A DNA stretch of 64,000 nucleotides from a virus: positions 1-64,000 of IMG/VR virus record IMGVR_UViG_3300042507_006854, one strand, 5' to 3'. A program made the translations under genes and the position numbers. Under the pieces are notes generated by a model. The model searched no databases. It saw only the letters and a list, made by a program, of their open reading frames with translations, and was not told where the DNA came from. This document shows positions 30,101 to 36,383 of the stretch, piece by piece; the stretch's first letter is position 1; each line of letters starts with the position of its first letter.

Positions 30101-31261
30101 AGCATGGCTCAAACACAAGCATATCAAGCTAAAAAACAAGAATTACAAAGGTTATTTAATTCCGGTAATTTTGAAGGAATATATAATACATATGATTCTT
30201 TACCAAAGAGTGACCAGCCACGAGGGTTTAGAACTCAAGATGGAAGTTTTATAGTAGCTCCTCCGACTCCAACCCCAGAACCAGCGTATAGAAATGCTGA
30301 AGAAGCTCGTTTAGCGGGGAGAAACGTTTTGCGACCAGGGGCAGTTGGAGCGATGACAAGAGTAGAGCGCGATGATGGAACTTTAAAAACACTTTTTAAT
30401 GCTTCCTCTGTAAACCCAGAAATTCCAAAAGCAATGGCGGCAGCAAATGAAGCTGCAACAATGGCATCTATTAAACAAACTTTAGCTATTAGCGATTTTA
30501 ATAGTGGTAGGGGCCCCGATCCAAGAAAAATGGATTTTACTCCCAAAGTGTTACCCCCGGTTTTAGATTATAGTGGTAGTGTTTCACAGCCTGGATTAGC
30601 AAACTATAACCGTACCATGAATCTTTCGCCTATTAATCCTGAAGGTATAGATTTATATAAAAACCTCAAGGGAACTGAAAGACCAGATGGGTCTGTAAGC
30701 ACCGGAATTCCTAAATCATGGGAAACTATAAATAAAATAGAAGAAGAAAAGAAAAGGGCAAAAAATTATGCACAGGGATTAGTAAATAGATCCTTCTTGG
30801 CTGAATTAGCTAATGGTGGGGTTCCGGTTCAAGATAGTATTCCTGGAATCGGCCCTGTAGTTATCGATAAAAATACAGAATATAGCGCAGCTAATGCTGT
30901 AGCAAGAAAAGGTTTATCTCAAGGAATGTACGAATCTCGTAAAATGCAGAATATTTCTGCACAAGGTTTTTCTCCAAACTTTGCAGTTAAAAAAGCTGAT
31001 ACTCAACCATCTCCAAACAACTTTAGTATAAAATTGGGCGATATGGTAATTAATAGTGCTTCGGCTCAAAATAATCCCGAGCTATATGGTAAAGATTTTG
31101 GTTCCGAATTACAATCTAGAATTCCAGATGTTATTGAACAAATTAGATCTGACATGGATAAAAAATATGGTAGGGTTGCAGACTTAGTTCGTCAAAATGA
31201 AAATATGTTTGTAAACAAGGTTCCGCCTAAGTCTCGTGGAAACGCGGCCTTAAGAACATAA
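21158..31261 (+). CDS. Tape measure protein (TP901-type core) with embedded accessory domains
   Basis: N-terminal TP901-like core (EFSRQG, GNSFKTIFTRL), Ala/Gly-rich helical and hydrophobic segments, 3367 aa. Contains repeated GFIPNFA motifs and HEFTH. Confidence 0.9.
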   Translation: MAAINIDVGANTRRAERDIQKLVSKSYNINLKTKGDQPLGRITGKVNEFTKSLDASNARVIAFGASAGIIFGVQRAFEALATSVIDTQKSLADINVILNVSSSQLQKFGGELFGIAKNTGQSFQEVAKAATEFSRQGLGIAETLKRTSEALILSRLSGLDAAKSVEALTAAVNSFASQAVTATEIVNKFANVDAAFAVSSADLADAISRVGSSAAQSGVNLDELIAIVTAAQQTTARGGAVIGNSFKTIFTRLQRTKTIDLLEGLGVNTKDSSGQIKSTINLLTDLAKVYDQLGTLQQAEVAEKVGGVFQINILKAALADLGKEFSVYNSALQVAGSSTDQAIRRNEELNKTYAAQLNAIQENAKQLGASVGDRLFGPAFNRVVGNANDILGTVNAGDGNGIGATLGKGILDGLGQVIAGPGLALLGGIFIKLFADLSKFIGGSLKELLNLNNASKQQQALQQSISAILQKNPDLFKLMQQGTVGLNKGAEILLASLRAQTVELQKQEAIAAKIAAQFLRSGNVTMVGGIPTATTGKPPKTKSGGFIPNFANVSQKQVIGETAGALKGGYEPGKIVRIKGMVANDAEEFIKYQGVSKPEIRPPADSKAGKDHRKKLKNKLGFIPGEDKATGFIPNFAEDKNILKYQKSFAAGKVFDNAIALSLGLKKAYVEDRDVIDFAPNLLAPPTIDNKVKTLLGINPKTLYGDAKLSGSDDNIASYISKILRLPGTQIRNNTVIPASKGGSILIPGSGDNDSLKNLRAGVGTILKKNPSVAQTSVFQNSGLEKGESLFLPNVLIDSVKNITRQTVFGNVAGGGKNFQDFNVRKSAAENIASRFGFKKAKTFASGFIPNFAKASKEESVNLGDISSNPSYRSKLLSVIIPQPSKSLLKFPAEAKYGDTLYTTTGLPVSGPNPDITKRLSQQNIPNLHKNIGKVVLDQANVFGQSLGATKFMSSVSELPNLGGVNSAAGIAFEGGVLNALGKSIGSKNARVDFSSASLNSQIKKIFNNAPGSYEAKNRPSRPLINDGFLKFLSRAKPGSVKSPRSGGFKEAQALRAQALKNFELEGRTYKRGPQLNNEIEKEIAKIRSSRGMAAGFIPDFEEMKQSAMSAERKFGKGAKMDEYKGLLYVRQPGQSSNFKTMMKEDHPEGFAAAVANSAKSQGIASQGFIPNFAINESTAPADLTASISAVVTQLGGLAFMLSFAKGQYQESLKQLTSANVAAAKAQAQNVLALKKLQAGGGVRNEPGGFLNAQQSIKRAEAGTFAQKSGALLGSNALALTFLGPIIAETIKNAIGQQTKEARVQSSVASGFGQAATFAGFGALMTPMNPLVGGGVGLAAGAMLGLVDVIKQANTNIPELSAAAKKASEDLTRINDAGQKVQTQFEQVSQLRESGEQEKAGKLEADLLKLIGKEFRDRPELASQAASAVINQDFKSLTAALEKNTQAVLKQKITEDRNLLIGEFIEGAGGKQAGKQFVDIVPIESFDEQALNKLIEFSNQASQTKPDVVRKVTTGEAFGNPLNQKAFENTKIISENLLNFLASTEKLNPGDIDKLRAAFADDPALAIEALAAIKNPALDTLKAVEATARNSAKGNKIIAAITDALSKAQSIYAQFAINAQAAVDLQLSSQRSIREAYKNIAESQGQRDVSLLTAVGNPQAAKNVRINTEIKKFNTEFANAVNSSFDSIISNVASAVVTSGQKTLAGFSDIGSGDGTEGRAIQNIDAATTFAEAFQRQFNINNFKDLIGIGGENFDIQDFEGFNVQSVLNEISSKLGLDQGDPEAKALLERIRESLNEANTKLLDQKAILAQQLTVLANQEYAANFQELMTAITKSFGGMESFRNFNNQFSMTDELNRAIGSLFGLRNASGPKTDIETARALSSIVEELSKLAGSNIVTNSQGGLRPELAPVIDAIVKGRALDIEKTINSVLTGPLSKTGQGGALQTAFLNELIDNLGISRTKEDGTLKTQQELVREVSLKNAEMQTKAELGVGEINKQVLGQAFNMLPDSLKKAFKEQGMGAFNSIEQIALAQDLARNQLLQQILDTLRAGTGEKYGDFSASRTGTFNQDAAGGGGLNPTGVGRAEDINNYTPQAVVEQAKTPGTDSFSKAVSDRVSTFNDVNFTGEDGSPRTLSKWFNEQAPLDLTTGLTTKLSDLNGVIGAVINDEMIPDNSSENPMMVPKDPLGLGINDAIGTTAAEIAGTDPELQKAADLIRNTDSRYSDNVPLTIEDINDKYTSSSSSSSSDAYQSQLDKDYEEWKAKNKAKGEVPKGFKDEISSIRRGVGGAKPWHSPYLTEINGEPAWVHTGETVTKMGPNGEMGVLTPDMKKALNFAEGSIPDDSAVAAFLSQFRKKRNFGDAGYKKFRDWFRANDAAAPKNLGGAPRTKGFGLQNFARYGNDLFSGGTAGAGGYFDPADKFNAFRPPVIPPPIPGASSLDNTIRQDRLDKQFRFSEKDFRVRRHEFTHAMQNDTAGSKAGQMFKGKAAKFFGVGRTDPQKFGKWTQLIEETQARIVEKRSLTGGVLDMIKDADFYADYYKKNPEVSKSFKMLSPLKRLGDIPYDPVLQKITSPLNLMSRNIMSGNISVSEAGKGMVEQFKNIPQLLQNPEMLKQLGGGILKGGAVGMGTQYAGEKLIPKFDGKNKDGEMSYLEEVANELRSFGIATGSGAAAGAAGTGGAGTILGAIAGGTTDVLGKLWRLGSSSVELAKLTYDEYGREDKINAQQSELQNRSKKLAEQARLKRQKSETQRMESIGMLKQKGPSVSMPMMPSTLDFANAATRNKQQTQFNKQITTAQTKPTNPYRLIGGKGNAPATQIDTRTGTGTLVPRAEAVNPSRGISTSTSYAQDPEVQKAIKSGDIRAIEQATVKARERAGKSFETPGSDFARQYKFKEDLVTASQIGEIGGIVTGGTQAEVDDYYKKKAKEFGMSDRFITDYIEPRERRKEEQKLNPPKRNFTEKGARSRLKDILDGYDALMRGNRSMAQTQAYQAKKQELQRLFNSGNFEGIYNTYDSLPKSDQPRGFRTQDGSFIVAPPTPTPEPAYRNAEEARLAGRNVLRPGAVGAMTRVERDDGTLKTLFNASSVNPEIPKAMAAANEAATMASIKQTLAISDFNSGRGPDPRKMDFTPKVLPPVLDYSGSVSQPGLANYNRTMNLSPINPEGIDLYKNLKGTERPDGSVSTGIPKSWETINKIEEEKKRAKNYAQGLVNRSFLAELANGGVPVQDSIPGIGPVVIDKNTEYSAANAVARKGLSQGMYESRKMQNISAQGFSPNFAVKKADTQPSPNNFSIKLGDMVINSASAQNNPELYGKDFGSELQSRIPDVIEQIRSDMDKKYGRVADLVRQNENMFVNKVPPKSRGNAALRT

Positions 31262-31262
31262 T

Positions 31263-32837
31263 ATGAATTTTCCAAATGTCCAAGTTATACAAGCTTCTAG
31301 TCGATCCGAATTTTTTGGAGCTAGCTCGAGATGGAAAAGTATTATAGAAATAACTGTAGAGGGTAGTTATTTAGCTTTAGAAAATTCAAATGGCTATACA
31401 CAAACGCACGCCCAAGCCAATCAAACAGAAAATGCAAATTTTGGTGGCGGAACTTTTTATAGTAGTTTAACTGTTAACGGGGTGAGTTTTGGAGAGGGGT
31501 ATGTAAACTCTTTCAGGGCTGAAGCTGGTGGGGTTGATATTCAAGATAAAAAATATACGGCAACCATTGTTATTCCTAGAGATGGTAATGTTACACAGTT
31601 AAGTACAGATGGTGCCGGTTCTGTACCAAAAGGAGACTTTAAATATTTAGATTCTTTTACTGAAACAAGCTCCTTTTCTAAAGGCCCTGGAGTTGTTGAT
31701 AATTATAATCAAAGTATATCTTTATCTATCGCTCCCAAAACAAAAGCCGCTGGAAAAGGTATTGCTTCGGGTATTATTCGTGGAGCTATAGAAAATAATC
31801 AATTAACTTCTTTGATAAACGGTCAGTATAAAAAAAGTGTTAAAAAGGTTTATGAGCAAACTTATGATGAAGTAACAAATTCTTATAGTACTGTTGTTGA
31901 TTTTCAATTATATTCAAGATCTGACGCCCCTGGAAACACAGACAATCTTTTAGTTAAAACAAATGTAACGGTTGAATTTTTATCTAACGGAGCAGTAAAC
32001 ATTACTGAAAATGGAGAATGTATCGGTAATCAAAATTCCGCTTCTCAAAGTCGTTATTCAGAAGCCGCTGGTCAAGCAGCGACTTTAATGAAGAACGCTT
32101 TTGGTCGTTGTTCAAGTTACTTACCAGCCGGTAATCATAATCCATTAATTGATTTTCCAATTGCCAAAAGTAGTACGGCAGTTCCTTTTGAGGGCAGGGC
32201 TGGTTATTCTGTTACCTACACTAATTCTAAAGAGATAAAAAATAAAAAGGGCTATTGGGAGTATTCGATCTCTATTGAAAAAGATACTGGCGGCGAACAC
32301 ACGGGAACAGAAAATGGCACTATTACTGGCGCTGAAGAATTAAGACTTGGTAAAGAAAAATATAATAATGCTAATTCTGTATGGAGTTCTGTAAAAAGCG
32401 GTGTTAAATCACGAATTAATGGTTATATGCCTAAACAAGGACAAGATTTAACTTTTTTTGAAAGCCATAATGAAATTGACGGTGTTATTACATATTCAAG
32501 AACTGTTACAACGAGTAATAGTTTAACCACAAATCAAAATATTAGAAAAAAAATGGTCACAGTAACAGAAGATTATGAAAAACCACTATATAGTACTTTC
32601 GGTATCGTTGGTAAAAAAGAAATTGCTCAAGTTAGGGATAATAAACTACCAATGGAAACAACTGTAACTATTGTTTTGAATGGCAAATATGATACAAGTA
32701 TTAGTACATATTTAGGCGAAGCCAAAAGTCTTGGACAGGGGAAAAGAAAAGGTGGGTATTACAGTAAAGTAAGTTACAGTTTTTCAAAAGCTAATAGAGA
32801 GTTTAACTATTCACAAACCTCTTTTAAAATGGTATAA
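31263..32837 (+). CDS. Putative distal tail/baseplate protein
   Basis: Directly after TMP; beta-rich with internal repeats. Confidence 0.5.
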   Translation: MNFPNVQVIQASSRSEFFGASSRWKSIIEITVEGSYLALENSNGYTQTHAQANQTENANFGGGTFYSSLTVNGVSFGEGYVNSFRAEAGGVDIQDKKYTATIVIPRDGNVTQLSTDGAGSVPKGDFKYLDSFTETSSFSKGPGVVDNYNQSISLSIAPKTKAAGKGIASGIIRGAIENNQLTSLINGQYKKSVKKVYEQTYDEVTNSYSTVVDFQLYSRSDAPGNTDNLLVKTNVTVEFLSNGAVNITENGECIGNQNSASQSRYSEAAGQAATLMKNAFGRCSSYLPAGNHNPLIDFPIAKSSTAVPFEGRAGYSVTYTNSKEIKNKKGYWEYSISIEKDTGGEHTGTENGTITGAEELRLGKEKYNNANSVWSSVKSGVKSRINGYMPKQGQDLTFFESHNEIDGVITYSRTVTTSNSLTTNQNIRKKMVTVTEDYEKPLYSTFGIVGKKEIAQVRDNKLPMETTVTIVLNGKYDTSISTYLGEAKSLGQGKRKGGYYSKVSYSFSKANREFNYSQTSFKMV

Positions 32838-32851
32838 AAAAATGGATAAGC

Positions 32852-32876
32852 GTGTAATAATTATAAAGGAAAAAGG
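32852..32876 (+). promoter_or_regulatory. GTGTAA element plus AGGAAAAAGG leader
   Basis: Both recurrent motifs, upstream of the ATG at 32879. Confidence 0.6.
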
Positions 32877-32878
32877 AT

Positions 32879-34483
32879 ATGGCATCATACGGAGGTTTTA
32901 ATTTTAATTCATTATGCGGTGGACACGAACCTTTTGTAGGGATTGAAGACGAACAAGTTCTTGTCGGTGGAAGATTTAAGACTGCTAAAAAGGTAATTAT
33001 ACAAGGCCGAATTTATAATGATGGTTTCGAACAATCTTGTATTAAGTCTAATGCAATTAGTCAAAAAATTAATTCTTTACTTTTGGGTGTAAAGGACGAC
33101 TTTGTACCTTTAAATGCTGGGGGATTTTCTTTACCAATTGCAAGATGTGAATCGGTTGAAGTAAACCAGTCAAGTGTTTTTGAAGGGGCGGATTTTACAG
33201 CGGAGTTTCTAGGCTACCCTACTACTTTGGCGGCTTTTGGAGAAAATATCTTAGACCCTGTAGATACTAGGCAAATTAAAGAAAATAATGATGGAAGTAT
33301 TTCATTAATTAGAAATATCTCTGCAAAAGGTATTAGTACAGATGCGTCTCTTAATGGTATTAGTAACGTTAGAAAATGGATTGCGGGTTTAAATATCGAA
33401 ACACCACCACAAATATTTTTTCAAATAGGCCAACTGCAAAATCCTGATAATTCTGTTAAACCTCGTAGAATAGTAGAAACAATTAATAGATTTGAAGGTT
33501 CTGTCAGCATGGAAATTGAATTTGTTTATAGACCTGGGGCGAGAGCAGAAGAATTATTAAATTATAGTGTTGATGTTAGTTATGATGATAAAAGTGGTAT
33601 ATACTCTGTCACCTTAAACGGTAGTTTAACAGGTCATTTATATTCTACAAAATCTAGTTTAAAATCCGCTCTGGGTAAAGTTAATTTTTACACCTTAGCG
33701 TCGGATGCTTTTAAAAAAATTACTGGATTTAATTATTTAAATCGAAAAGAAGAACAATTTAATACTACAGAAGAACTAGAAAATAATACTATTAATTTTA
33801 GTTATACTTATGTTAGTGATCCATTTGATTTAAAAAAATCTTTTTCTGGAGAAGTTAGTTATGATTATGTACGAGATATAACAACTGTTAAAGTAACTGG
33901 GGCAATTACAGCTAGAGGTACTGAAAGAGAAAGAGATACAGCCCTACGTAACGAAATCACAAAATTAAGAAATGGCGGTCTATATGGCGAAGCAAATAGT
34001 TATTTTACTAAATATGCCGTTGAAAAAACTCCACCATTAAGTCGTTTTCCGGTATCTGAATCTATAACTACTGATGAATATGATAATACAATTAGGCAAA
34101 TTAATGTTAGTGCAGAATTTAGTAATCAATATGAAGACAAATCAGGATTAACAAAATACGAGTCTACTGTTTCTGCAAGCCCAAGTTTAGATGTTTACTT
34201 ACCAATACATTTTTTAAATGAAACCGATGGCGTTTTTAAAATGAATTTTTTTAAACGCGGAAATATTTCTGTACAATGCTCTGCATTGGCATCAAGTAAA
34301 TCTGCCGGTGGCGCTATAAAAAGTTTAGGTGAAAAGGATTTAGATGGAATTGCTACGACTGTTGGGGTGAATGGCGTTCGAATTCCAACCGAATTTAATT
34401 TATCAACTCCAGAATATTCTGACGGCGGTTATAGTTTTAATTTCTCTAAAACAGAGAATGTAGAAACTTCCGTTTTTAAATAA
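32879..34483 (+). CDS. Putative baseplate protein (architecture similar to preceding gene)
   Basis: Similar size and beta-repeat pattern to 31263..32837; synteny. Confidence 0.5.
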   Translation: MASYGGFNFNSLCGGHEPFVGIEDEQVLVGGRFKTAKKVIIQGRIYNDGFEQSCIKSNAISQKINSLLLGVKDDFVPLNAGGFSLPIARCESVEVNQSSVFEGADFTAEFLGYPTTLAAFGENILDPVDTRQIKENNDGSISLIRNISAKGISTDASLNGISNVRKWIAGLNIETPPQIFFQIGQLQNPDNSVKPRRIVETINRFEGSVSMEIEFVYRPGARAEELLNYSVDVSYDDKSGIYSVTLNGSLTGHLYSTKSSLKSALGKVNFYTLASDAFKKITGFNYLNRKEEQFNTTEELENNTINFSYTYVSDPFDLKKSFSGEVSYDYVRDITTVKVTGAITARGTERERDTALRNEITKLRNGGLYGEANSYFTKYAVEKTPPLSRFPVSESITTDEYDNTIRQINVSAEFSNQYEDKSGLTKYESTVSASPSLDVYLPIHFLNETDGVFKMNFFKRGNISVQCSALASSKSAGGAIKSLGEKDLDGIATTVGVNGVRIPTEFNLSTPEYSDGGYSFNFSKTENVETSVFK

Positions 34484-34484
34484 A

Positions 34485-36380
34485 ATGAATAAATTATCTT
34501 CAATTAAATATTTTATGAATTTATTACCAGGTAGGGCTAATTCTAGTCTTTTATCTTACATGTCTTTTGATTCTGGTAATAACCAGTTTATTAAAAATAC
34601 TTCTGGTAAAAAAGATTCAAATAATAATGATTTAATTACTGGCTTTATATTACCAAACGTGAATAATTTTTGGCAAGTTTCTGGAGCCGCATGTTTTGAA
34701 AATAATTATGTTAAAATAGTAAATAATAATAATTTATTTAATTTTTCTGATTTTACTTTCGTATCTATTATAGAAAATACGGGTTCTGTGAGTGGTGCAA
34801 CATTATTTTCAACTGTCCAAACTGGTTTAAAATTTAGTTATGACGATTTTGGGGTTGAATATGAAGAAATCTTTTTAAAAGGCTGGGAATTTGGTTTAAC
34901 TTCTAATAATAAATTATATTTTGAATATAAAGATAATAATGGTATTAAAAATATAGTTACAAAAGAAACTCTTCCAGATAAAGCCCCAATCTTTTTTCAA
35001 ATTGATTTTAAAAATTTGACTTTTGGCTATTACGATTATTTTTCAAATACTTTAAAAATTAATTATCATTTTATACAAGATGAATATATTTTTAACCCAA
35101 ATTCTTTATATATTGGTTTTAATCCAGAATCTTCCGGTTTGTATAATTTCAATAAACCATTTTATGGGAAAATGGAACAATTACTACTTTTTTCTCCATC
35201 TATTTACCAATATGAATTAGAAAATATTTTTAGTGGTTTTGTTTCTAGTTATAATTCAGGATCTTATTTTTTTAATGAATATGATGTTTCTGGAGTTACA
35301 GGTTTCGCAACTGGAGTAGATGGAGAAGAAATACCTCTTATTGGAAAAATCGTAGTGATTACTGGTTACGCTACTGGAATAATTGGAACTGTTACCGAGC
35401 TTACTGGAATAGAAACGGTATTTACTGGAATGTATGAAGATGATTTTGGTAATATAGTAGAGGGTTTTGAAGACGTATTTTTAAGTGGAACCTTCGAACA
35501 AACAGGTTTAATACCTCTTTCTGGATTTTTAACAAGGCGAGAAAGTGGTGTTATCCCTGAAAGTATTAATATTAATAATAATGAAATATACCAATATGGT
35601 AGAAATGCAATTAATCTTTTATCTAAAATAGATAATGATGATTTTATTGATATCGAAATGTTCACAGGTAATAAGTTTAATTCAAAATATAATAAAAATT
35701 TAAATGCTTATTTTGATCGTGTCAATGGTACTTTTATATTTGACAATGTAAGATTTGATGGTGAGAATAAAAATTATATAGTTTTTGCTAATGGCCAATT
35801 ATTAAATAGTGGAAGTGGGCAACGGGTTGGTTCAGTCTATCAACCTACTTCTTATATTATTAACGAGGACTACGCAGAATTGTCGCGTGGTGAAATATTA
35901 TGTCAAAATGATTTTAATATTTCAGATAATATTTTAGGAGATTTTATCTCTGGAGGTTTGATTGTTATAGATGAATTTATTCCTTTTCATCAAAATTTAG
36001 CTTCTGTTATTGGTCATCCAAATCTTCAATTTAATCAATACAATGTTTTTATTAATGGGCAAAAATTATGTTCCGGAGAGCATTATACAATTTCTAATAA
36101 TGTAGTTTATTTTAATATTAATAGCGCACTTTTTTCTGGTATTTCTGGCCGTTTAAGTTTAGTAAATTTAAACTATGATTTAAAAATAACGGGCTCTGAT
36201 AAAAATTTATTTTTACCTTCTCAAAAATATTTTGAGAATTATAGTCAAGTATATAAAAATGGTTTGCGTCAACAAAATATAGGAGATTATATTGAAATTT
36301 CGAAATTGAATATTTTAACTGGTAAAGCAATATTTGATACAAAATCTAATTTAATATATAATAATAATACTTTATTTTAA
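34485..36380 (+). CDS. Tail protein with N-terminal LamG/concanavalin-like domain
   Basis: 'DFTFVS...ATLFS...GWEFGLTSNNKLYF...LYIG...FYGKMEQLLLF' pattern; repeated VFxNGQ motifs; TG-rich central region. Confidence 0.55.
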   Translation: MNKLSSIKYFMNLLPGRANSSLLSYMSFDSGNNQFIKNTSGKKDSNNNDLITGFILPNVNNFWQVSGAACFENNYVKIVNNNNLFNFSDFTFVSIIENTGSVSGATLFSTVQTGLKFSYDDFGVEYEEIFLKGWEFGLTSNNKLYFEYKDNNGIKNIVTKETLPDKAPIFFQIDFKNLTFGYYDYFSNTLKINYHFIQDEYIFNPNSLYIGFNPESSGLYNFNKPFYGKMEQLLLFSPSIYQYELENIFSGFVSSYNSGSYFFNEYDVSGVTGFATGVDGEEIPLIGKIVVITGYATGIIGTVTELTGIETVFTGMYEDDFGNIVEGFEDVFLSGTFEQTGLIPLSGFLTRRESGVIPESININNNEIYQYGRNAINLLSKIDNDDFIDIEMFTGNKFNSKYNKNLNAYFDRVNGTFIFDNVRFDGENKNYIVFANGQLLNSGSGQRVGSVYQPTSYIINEDYAELSRGEILCQNDFNISDNILGDFISGGLIVIDEFIPFHQNLASVIGHPNLQFNQYNVFINGQKLCSGEHYTISNNVVYFNINSALFSGISGRLSLVNLNYDLKITGSDKNLFLPSQKYFENYSQVYKNGLRQQNIGDYIEISKLNILTGKAIFDTKSNLIYNNNTLF

Positions 36381-36383
36381 TAT

